Assembly: GCA_964424265.1 (NCBI GenBank)
Contig: CAYRHX010000003.1
Coordinates: 2,269 to 66,268, forward strand
Direction: 5' to 3'
From: an uncultured Candidatus Saccharibacteria bacterium
GTDB taxonomy: Bacteria > Patescibacteriota > Minisyncoccia > Phycocordibacterales > UBA2100
DNA length: 64,000 nt
The notes under the pieces were generated by a model that did no database searches, was not told the DNA's origin, and saw only the letters and a program-made list of their open reading frames with translations. The translations under genes and the position numbers were made by a program. This document shows, piece by piece, positions 10,271-19,030 of the stretch; within the stretch, counting starts at the first letter, position 1, and each line of letters starts with the position of its first letter.

Positions 10271-12313
10271 TTACTTCTTTTTCTTCCGCCTCTCCTCCAA
10301 TTTCTGTATTTCATCACGGATAAGCGCTGCTGTCTCGAAATCGAGATTGTCGGCCGCTGCATGCATCTCCTGACGTTTCACCTTTATGAGCTTTTTCACA
10401 TCCCCTCCAAACGCCGCCTTGTCGAGCTCTACCAGCTCACCCACGGCCCGCGTGCGGGCTTTTTGAATATCGCCCACGATATCGTGTATCCGCTTCTGGA
10501 TAGTTTGCGGCGTGATGTGGTGTTTGGCATTGTAAGACTCTTGTATGGCGCGTCGTCGATTTGTTTCGCCTATTGCCCTCTCAAGTGAGCCGGTCATGTG
10601 ATCGGCATACAAAATGACTCGGCCGAGCACATTTCGAGCCGCGCGGCCAATTGTCTGAATAAGCGACGTCTCACTTCGCAAAAATCCCTCTTTGTCGGCA
10701 TCAAGAATTGCCACGAGCTCAACTTCTGGTAAATCCAATCCTTCGCGCAAAAGATTCACACCCACCAAAACATCAAATTTCCCCTTGCGGAAATCCGTAA
10801 GCGTCTCAATGCGATCGATCGTCTTCACGTCGCTGTGTATGTAGCGGACTTTTATTTTCTTTTCTGACAGGAATGTGGCCAGATCTTCAGCCATCTTTTT
10901 GGTCAATACGGTCACCATCGACCGGCTTCCGCGCTTTGTAACCATCTCGGCTTCCATAATGAAATCCTGGACCTGCCCAGGATACAATACGGCAGTCTGA
11001 CTGCCGTATTTTCCGGAGATGATGGGACGTACTTCTATTTGCGGATCGACAAGGCCCGTTGGTCGAATGACTTGCGACACGGGTTCGCCGCTGTGTGCAA
11101 GCTCAAATTTCCCTGGCGTCGCCGAAGTGTATATGGTCTGCCCCACGCGCTCACGGAATTCCGCAAAGGTAAGCGGGCGATTGTCGACAGCGCTCGGAAG
11201 CCTGAAGCCGTGGGCTACGAGCATATCCTTGCGCGCGCGATCTCCCGCGTACATACCGCCTATTTGAGATACCGTGACATGCGATTCATCGATGACTGTC
11301 AAAAAATCTGGCGTACCGTCCTTCTTTTTTGGAAAATATGAAAGTAGTGTATGTGGCGGCTCACCCGGCTTTCGCCTATCAAAGTGGCGCGAGTAATTCT
11401 CGATGCCGTTACAAAAACCGAATTCACGTATCATCGTGATGTCCTGTCGCGTCCGTCGCTTGAGACGTTCTGCCTCGAGAATCTTTCCTTCAGCGGCAAA
11501 TTTCTTCAACTGCGCCGCGAGCTCAATCTCCATATCCGCAAGCGCGGCGTCTTGCACATCTTTAGGCGTTACGTAATGCTTCGCGGGATAGATAAAAGTC
11601 GCGTCATGATGCATTTCAATTATCCGCGTGATCGCGCTGATTTCCTCGATCTTTGCGATCTTCCCGCCCGTGAGATCGACACGATAAATAATTCGCTCGC
11701 TTGCGGGCATTATTTCCACCGCAGCTCCGAGTGCACGAAATGTGCCCGGAGACAAATCTCCGGCCACGCGCTCAAAATACATACCGATGAGTTTACGCGT
11801 AAGCGTCGCGCGCGTCATGGGCTCACCCTTCGTTATCTTCATATTCACCTTCTGATACTCCGCTGGGCTGCCCAATCCGTAGATGCACGAAACCGACGCA
11901 ACGACGATCACGTCGGATCTAGTAAGCAGCGCTTGCGTCGCCGCGTGACGTAGGCGCTCTATATCCTCATTCACCATCGCCTCTTTCTCGATATAGGTAT
12001 CGGTGACTGGCATATACGCTTCGGGCTGATAGTAGTCGTAGTATGAGACGAAGTAGTGAACCGCCGCATCAGGAAAAAATTCTCGATACTCCGCCGCAAG
12101 CTGCGCAGCAAGTGTTTTATTGTGAGCAATGACAAGCGTCGGCTTCTGCCATTTCTCAATGAGATTGGCGACCGTGAATGTCTTACCCGAGCCCGTCACG
12201 CCCAGGAGCGTCTGATCGCGCGTGCCTTTCTCAAGCCCATTCACGAGGGCCTTGATAGCCGCCGGCTGATCGCCAGCTGGAATATATGAGGATTTGATTT
12301 TAAATGCGGCCAT
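10271..12313 (-). CDS. uvrB: excinuclease ABC subunit B
   Basis: QPAAIKAL...LLGVTGSGKTFTVANLIEK...YFVSYYDYYQPEAY, helicase motifs, and a C-terminal UVR motif (ETAALIRDEIQKLE). Confidence 0.95.
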   Translation of the reverse strand: MAAFKIKSSYIPAGDQPAAIKALVNGLEKGTRDQTLLGVTGSGKTFTVANLIEKWQKPTLVIAHNKTLAAQLAAEYREFFPDAAVHYFVSYYDYYQPEAYMPVTDTYIEKEAMVNEDIERLRHAATQALLTRSDVIVVASVSCIYGLGSPAEYQKVNMKITKGEPMTRATLTRKLIGMYFERVAGDLSPGTFRALGAAVEIMPASERIIYRVDLTGGKIAKIEEISAITRIIEMHHDATFIYPAKHYVTPKDVQDAALADMEIELAAQLKKFAAEGKILEAERLKRRTRQDITMIREFGFCNGIENYSRHFDRRKPGEPPHTLLSYFPKKKDGTPDFLTVIDESHVTVSQIGGMYAGDRARKDMLVAHGFRLPSAVDNRPLTFAEFRERVGQTIYTSATPGKFELAHSGEPVSQVIRPTGLVDPQIEVRPIISGKYGSQTAVLYPGQVQDFIMEAEMVTKRGSRSMVTVLTKKMAEDLATFLSEKKIKVRYIHSDVKTIDRIETLTDFRKGKFDVLVGVNLLREGLDLPEVELVAILDADKEGFLRSETSLIQTIGRAARNVLGRVILYADHMTGSLERAIGETNRRRAIQESYNAKHHITPQTIQKRIHDIVGDIQKARTRAVGELVELDKAAFGGDVKKLIKVKRQEMHAAADNLDFETAALIRDEIQKLEERRKKKK

Positions 12314-12326
12314 TCACACCACTCTA

Positions 12327-13574
12327 CTATTTTAGAGACAAAACGCATACATTGCGCTTACCTCGCTTGAGAAGTGCGATTCCTTTGTGAAAATCGCGCG
12401 CACCGATCTTCCTCTCCATATCGACGAGTGATTCGCCATTGAGCGACGCGGATTTTTCCTTAACAAAGCGTCGTCCCTCGGTCTTTGAGCTTGCGAGGCG
12501 CGATCCTACGAGAACATCAAGAATAGACGCATCAGCTTCCACTTCGTAGAACGGCGCCGCGCTGCGGAGGGCTGCGATCGCCGCGTCGTCGAGCGTGCCG
12601 ATGTGCTCGTCGCCAAACAAAACGCGCGACACCTGCTCGGCCTTGGTCGCCTCGTCAACCCCATGCACGAGCGTCGTGACTTCACGCGCGAGAGTCTGCT
12701 GCGCATGACGTTCTTTTGCATCCCGCTTGTGCAGCTCGGCCACAGCATCAATCTCGGCGAGAGAGAGAAGCGTAAAAAGGCTAAGATAATCTCGAACGCT
12801 TTCATCACTCGCGTTGAGCCAAAATTGGTAAAATGCATATGGTGAGGTTAGCGCGGGATCGAGCCACACTGCATTGCCCTCGCTCTTCCCGAACTTCTTA
12901 CCTGTCGCCTTGTCGATTACCAGTGGACACGAGAGTGCATACGCAACAATATTTTCTTTGCGTCGTATGAGATCAACTCCCGCAACAATGTTGCCCCACT
13001 GATCAGATCCTCCGATTTGTACGTCACAGCCCAACTCTTTATACAAGTGCCAAAAGTCATATCCTTGCAAAAGCGGGTAGGTAAATTCAGTAAAAGAGAT
13101 CCCTTCTTTACTCGAGAGGCGCGCGCTGATCGCCTCTTTTTTTATTAAATTGTTGACTGTAAAATGCTTCCCTGTGTCCCGAAGAAATTCCATGAGGTTG
13201 AGGGTGGTCAACCAATCAGCGTTATTAACGAGCGTAACCTCGATCCCCCCCAAGAGCTTTTCCGCCTGCTCCTTGAGTTGCGCTGCTCGCGCAGCAACGA
13301 TAGACTCGTCAGTGAGTGTCCGTTCGACATCCGGCTTTGGATCGCCAACGAGCGCTGTACCGCCTCCGATGAGGAGGATAATTCGATGCCCCGACTCGGC
13401 AAAACGACGCAAAAACATGTATTGCACCAGATTGCCAACGTGAATCGAATCAGCAGTCGGATCTACCCCAAGATACACTGTCCGCTTCGGACCATCAGTA
13501 ATCTCCTCAAGCGATTCCGAAGAATGCTGATATACGTATCCGCGCTCGCGTAAGATTTCGGATAATTTCGCCAT
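12327..13574 (-). CDS. tyrS: tyrosine--tRNA ligase
   Basis: Class I HIGH-type motif (DSIHVGN), KMSKS-type motif (KFGKSEG) and a C-terminal S4-like domain. Start taken at ATG 13574 (MAKLSEIL), where the conserved core begins; the ORF-track start 13685 is upstream. Confidence 0.9.
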   Translation of the reverse strand: MAKLSEILRERGYVYQHSSESLEEITDGPKRTVYLGVDPTADSIHVGNLVQYMFLRRFAESGHRIILLIGGGTALVGDPKPDVERTLTDESIVAARAAQLKEQAEKLLGGIEVTLVNNADWLTTLNLMEFLRDTGKHFTVNNLIKKEAISARLSSKEGISFTEFTYPLLQGYDFWHLYKELGCDVQIGGSDQWGNIVAGVDLIRRKENIVAYALSCPLVIDKATGKKFGKSEGNAVWLDPALTSPYAFYQFWLNASDESVRDYLSLFTLLSLAEIDAVAELHKRDAKERHAQQTLAREVTTLVHGVDEATKAEQVSRVLFGDEHIGTLDDAAIAALRSAAPFYEVEADASILDVLVGSRLASSKTEGRRFVKEKSASLNGESLVDMERKIGARDFHKGIALLKRGKRNVCVLSLK

Positions 13575-13593
13575 ACCCACATTTATACCACGC

Positions 13594-13986
13594 CTACTCC
13601 GAGTCACGTTTGCCCTCTCGGTCCAGGACTTGACGCTCATCCATTCCGAAATGATGCGCAAATTCATGCCAGATGGTCTCCGCAACCACGTCTCGTACGT
13701 CTCTACTATCGTCCTTTGCCGCGCCCTCGATGGGTATTTTATAGATTGTTATGGTGTCGGGCATGGTCACCCCCACTCCATACAACTCACCACGTTCTGT
13801 AAGCGGTATACCCTTGTATAGTCCGAGTAACGTTTCGTCTTCAGACAAACCCTCTGCTTCACGATCCCCTTTTGAAGGTTCATCCTCCACAAGCACCGCA
13901 ACATTTTTGATCTTATCCCGCACCCATTGCGGTAATCGCTCAAACCCCTCTTCCACCAATTTTTCAAACTCCTTGCGATTCATCAC
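13594..13986 (-). CDS. small zincin-like metallopeptidase family protein (COG3824 / Zincin_1-like)
   Basis: 130 aa with a HEFAHHFG motif and an EFEKLVEEGFERLP...IKNVAVLVEDEP N-terminal pattern typical of this family. The ATG overlaps the lysS stop as ATGA. Confidence 0.6.
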   Translation of the reverse strand: MMNRKEFEKLVEEGFERLPQWVRDKIKNVAVLVEDEPSKGDREAEGLSEDETLLGLYKGIPLTERGELYGVGVTMPDTITIYKIPIEGAAKDDSRDVRDVVAETIWHEFAHHFGMDERQVLDREGKRDSE

Positions 13987-15464
13987 ACCTTGGGTCTGAG
14001 GAGAGGAAACATCTGTGCTTCGTGCGCAGGTCTGTTCTCGAGGAACGAAAAGAGGCGTTCGGAGACGCCGAAGCCAAAGGCGGGCGGCATGCCAAATTCC
14101 ATGGCTCGGACGTACTCTTCATCAAGTCGCTGAGCTTCATCATCTCCTTTATCACGAAGCTTCTGCTGTTCTTCGAACCGACTGCGCTGATCCAGGGGAT
14201 CGTTGAGTTCGCTGTACCCCTTACCCATTTCGCTCCCCGCCATGACCACCTGGAATCTGTCGACTACATTTTGATTTTCATCAACCCGCTTTGCGAGCGG
14301 TTCTAAGAATACCGGCACGCCGATGAGAAAAGCGGGGCCGGTGACAGATTTTCTAATTTGCTTCCACAAGTGATCCACCGCACGAGCTTTGTTGGGTACG
14401 TCACCAAACTGCACTCCGGCATTCTTTGCGGCCTGTATAGCGTCGTCTTCACTACACGAAATGGGATCGACTCCGTATCTCTCGCGTATCGCGTCGCAGA
14501 AATCGATAGTCGACCATTCGCTCGCCAGATCAACCTCATGGTCTGAAATCTTAAACGAATACTGTCCATATGTTTCTTTCACGATGTGACGATAGAGCTC
14601 TTGTACAAACTTCATGCCTTCGCGAGCGTCTGAAAACGCTTCGTATGACTCTAGTTGCGTGTAATCCTGCAGGTGCTCGCGTGATTGCCCTTCGTTGCGA
14701 AAAATGCGGCCAATCTCAAAGACTTTCGGATATCCCGCAATGAGAAGCTTCTTTTGCCACAGCTCTCCCACAGAAATTCGCAAATACACCTCCATGTCGA
14801 GCGCATTGTGGTGAGTTTTAAACGGCCGCGCATCTGCTCCACCTGGCGTCGTCTCGAGTACCGGCGTCTCAACTTCAAGAAAACCGCGGGATAGATAGAA
14901 TTCTCGGGCAGACTGCCAGAATTTCGCCCGGCGCACAAACATCTTACGCACTTCTTCATTAAGCAATATATCGAGATATCGCTGTCGCAATACGAGCTCT
15001 GTATCTTTGAGACCGTACCATTCGGTGGGCATGGGAAGCAATGATTTCGAAAGCATTTTCCACGCTGAAACCTTAAGCGAACGCTCGCCGCGTTTTGTTT
15101 TAAATGCAACGCCCGTTGCTTCGATAAAATCTCCGATATCAACAGCGTGAGAAAACAGCGAAAATGCCGCTTCGTCCATCTCGGCTTTTTGAAATACGAG
15201 TTGCGTGCGTCCATCGCCGTCTGCGGTGAGCGAAGTCGAACCATCAAAAATATCGGCAAATATTATCCCGCCCTGACCGCGCGAAGACATGATTCGACCG
15301 GCAATCGTCTGTGACTTTGCATTCAGCTCTCGCGTGTCAAACTCCTTTAGAAATTGCGCAATCGATGTATCTCGATTTGTGTGCGCAGGATACACTTCCA
15401 TACCCGCCGCTCTCACAGCCTCGAGTTTCTTTATGCGCTCTGCGCGTATATCCTGCTCGCTCAT
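13983..15464 (-). CDS. lysS: lysine--tRNA ligase (class II)
   Basis: N-terminal OB anticodon-binding domain (MSEQDIRAERIKKLEAVRAAGMEVYP) and class II aaRS motifs (FRNEG, GFGVSERL). Start taken at ATG 15464. Confidence 0.9.
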   Translation of the reverse strand: MSEQDIRAERIKKLEAVRAAGMEVYPAHTNRDTSIAQFLKEFDTRELNAKSQTIAGRIMSSRGQGGIIFADIFDGSTSLTADGDGRTQLVFQKAEMDEAAFSLFSHAVDIGDFIEATGVAFKTKRGERSLKVSAWKMLSKSLLPMPTEWYGLKDTELVLRQRYLDILLNEEVRKMFVRRAKFWQSAREFYLSRGFLEVETPVLETTPGGADARPFKTHHNALDMEVYLRISVGELWQKKLLIAGYPKVFEIGRIFRNEGQSREHLQDYTQLESYEAFSDAREGMKFVQELYRHIVKETYGQYSFKISDHEVDLASEWSTIDFCDAIRERYGVDPISCSEDDAIQAAKNAGVQFGDVPNKARAVDHLWKQIRKSVTGPAFLIGVPVFLEPLAKRVDENQNVVDRFQVVMAGSEMGKGYSELNDPLDQRSRFEEQQKLRDKGDDEAQRLDEEYVRAMEFGMPPAFGFGVSERLFSFLENRPAHEAQMFPLLRPKV

Positions 15465-15516
15465 GATCGGATCATGATACCAAATCCTGCACAATTAGGG
15501 AGTGCTCTTGCCTAAA

Positions 15517-15664
15517 GCATGCTTGAAGGAGCTTCACCAGTAGCAAGAGGTGGTATTCCCGAGGAATCCCCGCAGCACGAGGAGTGCGAGGATTGCGGAT
15601 TTTTCAGCCTGAAAATCCAGGTTCCGAGGGAATACCGCCTCGAAGCAGAGGTTTCTAAACATGC
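15517..15664 (+). repeat. MITE-like imperfect palindromic intergenic repeat, full-length copy A
   Basis: About 148 bp: gcatgcttgaagg...ggtattcccgaggaatccccgcagcacgaggagtgcgaggattgcggatttttcagcctgaaaatccaggttccgagggaataccgcctcgaagcagaggtttctaaacatgc. The two ends are roughly 47-bp imperfect inverted repeats of each other. It is about 90% identical to copy C at 60044-60190 and has CTAA/CTAG flanks. It sits 53 nt upstream of lysS. Confidence 0.8.
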
Positions 15665-15919
15665 TCTAGAGTCCAGGTACGGTGGGCACGGGCGCAAGAA
15701 CACGATTCGTAACAAGGCCAAGGTATACGAGCAATAATGCTGCAAGAAGAACAAGAAATGCAATGAGGAGATTGGCTGTCATATAGGTACCTATGACACG
15801 CTCATAAACCCTGACCACCGCCTGCACTACCACGTGCGCACTTTGTTTTAATTCTTTGAAAAACACCATGTAAGTTTACATCTTCCGAAGCTGCGCGATA
15901 CTTCGTGTTGTGGAGAAAT

Positions 15920-18900
15920 TTATCGGTCAATACCAACGGGGAGTTTCCCGGGCCATCTATATACCAAAACAGGAATGAGGACGAGAGTGAGGATCATCGC
16001 AAATGAGAGCCCGAAAAGAATGGCAAGCGCGAGTGGACCAAAGAGTGCGGACGCAAAGACGAGAGGAATCATGCCGACAACAGTGGTTATCGTGGTGAGA
16101 AAGATGGGCCTGAGGCGCGTCGTCGCGGCATCAGTGAGAATATCCGCGAGTGTGCGACCTTTGCCGGTGCGTATGCGCTGAATTATTGCGTCCATCAAAA
16201 TAATAGCGTGGTTTATGATCACCCCGGCGAGCGCAATTACTCCCATCATTGACGGAAATGAAAGTGGCTGCAATGTGATCGCAAGACCTGCAAACACGCC
16301 GATGAGAGAAAGGGGCACGAGCGCAAGCAAAAAACCAGCGAAACGAAACGAGTCAAAAGAGAGTACGAGTATGACAAAGGTGAGGACGATTCCTGCTATG
16401 AGTGCGTAGCCCATTTCCATAAATGATTTGTTTGTTTCTTCATTCTCTCCACCCACTTTCATGCTCACACTCGGATCGAGCTCCGATTTTTCGAACTCCT
16501 TATTGAAGGCATTGAGCACACCAGATGTCGTGTACCCCGGCAACACGTCACTCGTGAGCGTGACCACACGCTCACGATTTTCGTGAGATATGCTTGTATC
16601 GCTTTGCGCCACAGACTCTGTGACGACCGAGCCAAGAAGTACGGTGCGACCGAGCGCTGTTGAAAGAGGAATTTGGCGGATACTGTCGATGGAGGTATTG
16701 GACGTTTGATGTGGGTCGGTATATTGCGAATTGAGATTTAAGGAAACTACGATATCCACATTTTTCTCGCCTCCCGTCAGCGATGTCGCCGTAACCCCGG
16801 ACACGGCAGTGCGGAGCGTCGACGCAACGATCGCAGGCGAGAGTCCGAGAGTCGCCAGCTTGCCACGATCTATCGAGAGCACGAATTGTGTTCCATCAAA
16901 CTTATTTGATGAATCGATCGTAGTGGCGCCTGGCGTGCGCTCAAGTATTTCACGCGCACGTACAATTGTGGTGTTGAGCTTCTCTCGATCCTTCCCCAAA
17001 AACTTTATAAGGATCGCGGCACCCACAGGAGGACCGCCAGAAGGCTCTCCAACACGGATGTCGGCCGATCGAATAGGTGCGAGCATCTTTTTTACGTCGT
17101 GCACTATTTCGCCCGAGGTCTGGGCGCGATCCTTCTTTAGATTCACTGTGATATTTGCGAAGCGCGTATCCGCTGATACTGAGCCATCGGAGCTTGAAAA
17201 TGGACTGAGCGCTCCCACCGTTGTAATGAGCGAGGAGAATCTTGTGTCTTCAAAAAGCGCTTCTTCCACAGTTCTCGCGACAAGATCCGTCTTATTGAGA
17301 TCCGTGCCCTGTGGCAACTCTATGTTGACGTATAAGAAATCGCCATCATCTTGCGGGAAGAAGGACACTCCCAATATGCCGACAATAGGTAGCGCGAGGG
17401 CAATCACAAAACCAAGACCCATAGAAAAAAGAAAGCGATTTTGCAGTTTGCGGTTTTGGAGGAAACGCTTCAGCCAAGATGCGTACCATACTCGTGCACG
17501 CTCAGCATATGCCTCCTGTTTCTTCATGAGCTCTGACTCTTCCTTGGCAGCCATCATGTTTGCAATCGTCGGGACCAAACCCAGTGCCACAAATATTGAG
17601 GCCATGAGAACAAACACGAGCGTGAAAGGTATTGATGCTATGAATTTTCCGACGATGCCTGAGATAAAAAAGAGCGGCACGAAGAAAGATACGGTAGCTA
17701 CCGTGCCCCCAATCAGTGGCCACGAATATTCACGAAGAGCCTCGATCGCCGCTCGCTCCTTGTCTCCATTGTATAGGCGCGTTCGCGTATGGATGGCCTC
17801 GACCACCACGATGCCCGAATCCACGAGAATTCCAATCGCGAGGATGAGCGAGAAGAGCGATACTATATTGAGTGTGTTTCCACTATAGAGAAGTCCGATG
17901 AATGCCATGAGAAACGACAGTGGGATCGAGAGACCCGCCACAATCGATTCCCTCCAGCCAATTGTGATGAAGAGCGCTATCATAACGAGCGCCACCGTTT
18001 CGAGACCCGTCTGAGTAAGTTCGGAGAGATTTTTCTGCACATCGTCACCTGCATCAAAGGAAACAATGACGTCGCTCCCCGCGAGCATGCCATTTTGCAA
18101 TTCTGCAAGTCTCATTTTTACTGCGCGGGTGACTTTTGTGATATCAGCGCCACGCACTTTCAAGACACTGAGCGTCATGGCCTGACGCGAGGGCTCACCA
18201 GAGACAGAAACGCGCGAATAGGAACTGGCTTTCTCCACGCCATCTGACACGTCGGCGACATCCCGCAGGTAGATCACCTGTCCGCCGACATTAAGGAGCG
18301 CAACACTCCCTATGTCTGCGACATTATCAAGACTTCCACGAAATGATATCGAATAAGAGATTCCGTCATTGGTTATCGAACCGATAGGCAGTGATGCGTT
18401 GGCGGCGGCGATCGCACCAATAATCTGCGGGAGCGATATCCCTAGTCGTGTAATCTCCTCTTTCCGTACAATTACCTGAATTTCGCGATCGCGAACACCA
18501 GAGATTTGCACACGAGAAACACCTTTCACAGTCTGAATTTCCCTTTTCAGATCTTCTCCGAGCGTTGCGAATTGGGCCGGTGGAAGATCTGCACTCACCG
18601 AAATAAGCTGTATGGGCTGATCCGAGAAATTTACCTCCGTGACGATCGGAGTCTTAGCCTCAGAAGGTAAATCTACTACGGCCTTGTCGACCTCATCTTT
18701 CAATTTCTGGATCGACTTTTGGATATCCGCAGAAGCATTAAACTCTACGACAACAGTCGACACGCCTTCGCGAGAGGATGACGTGATCTTGTTGAGATCA
18801 GATAAATTTGCAAGACGCTCTTCCAGTTTGTTTGTTACAAGCCGCTCTATGTCTTCAGGTGAAGCTCCAGGCAGAACGACAGTTACTCCTCCCACTGGAA

Positions 18901-19027
18901 TCTGCACCTCCGGAGTCGATTCTCTTGTCATCGCGAGTACGGAAGCGACACCCGCGAGCGAAAGCGCAACGATCACGAGAATCGTAAATTGACGCTTTTG
19001 CAAGAAAAACTTCCAAATCGGTAACAT
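15920..19027 (-). CDS. RND family efflux transporter permease (AcrB/HAE1-like)
   Basis: 1035 aa with 12-TM RND topology and two large periplasmic loops. The N-terminus matches the AcrB family (MTRESTPEVQIPVGGVTVVLPGASPEDIERLVTNKLEERLANLSDL). Confidence 0.9.
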   Translation of the reverse strand: MLPIWKFFLQKRQFTILVIVALSLAGVASVLAMTRESTPEVQIPVGGVTVVLPGASPEDIERLVTNKLEERLANLSDLNKITSSSREGVSTVVVEFNASADIQKSIQKLKDEVDKAVVDLPSEAKTPIVTEVNFSDQPIQLISVSADLPPAQFATLGEDLKREIQTVKGVSRVQISGVRDREIQVIVRKEEITRLGISLPQIIGAIAAANASLPIGSITNDGISYSISFRGSLDNVADIGSVALLNVGGQVIYLRDVADVSDGVEKASSYSRVSVSGEPSRQAMTLSVLKVRGADITKVTRAVKMRLAELQNGMLAGSDVIVSFDAGDDVQKNLSELTQTGLETVALVMIALFITIGWRESIVAGLSIPLSFLMAFIGLLYSGNTLNIVSLFSLILAIGILVDSGIVVVEAIHTRTRLYNGDKERAAIEALREYSWPLIGGTVATVSFFVPLFFISGIVGKFIASIPFTLVFVLMASIFVALGLVPTIANMMAAKEESELMKKQEAYAERARVWYASWLKRFLQNRKLQNRFLFSMGLGFVIALALPIVGILGVSFFPQDDGDFLYVNIELPQGTDLNKTDLVARTVEEALFEDTRFSSLITTVGALSPFSSSDGSVSADTRFANITVNLKKDRAQTSGEIVHDVKKMLAPIRSADIRVGEPSGGPPVGAAILIKFLGKDREKLNTTIVRAREILERTPGATTIDSSNKFDGTQFVLSIDRGKLATLGLSPAIVASTLRTAVSGVTATSLTGGEKNVDIVVSLNLNSQYTDPHQTSNTSIDSIRQIPLSTALGRTVLLGSVVTESVAQSDTSISHENRERVVTLTSDVLPGYTTSGVLNAFNKEFEKSELDPSVSMKVGGENEETNKSFMEMGYALIAGIVLTFVILVLSFDSFRFAGFLLALVPLSLIGVFAGLAITLQPLSFPSMMGVIALAGVIINHAIILMDAIIQRIRTGKGRTLADILTDAATTRLRPIFLTTITTVVGMIPLVFASALFGPLALAILFGLSFAMILTLVLIPVLVYRWPGKLPVGIDR

Positions 19028-19030
19028 GGT

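Noticed and set aside
16731-17888. 385-aa plus-strand ORF
   Set aside because: It is entirely antisense to the RND permease gene. Its translation is low-complexity and Ser/Arg/Ala-rich with no motifs, which is a typical antisense artefact of a long GC-balanced gene.
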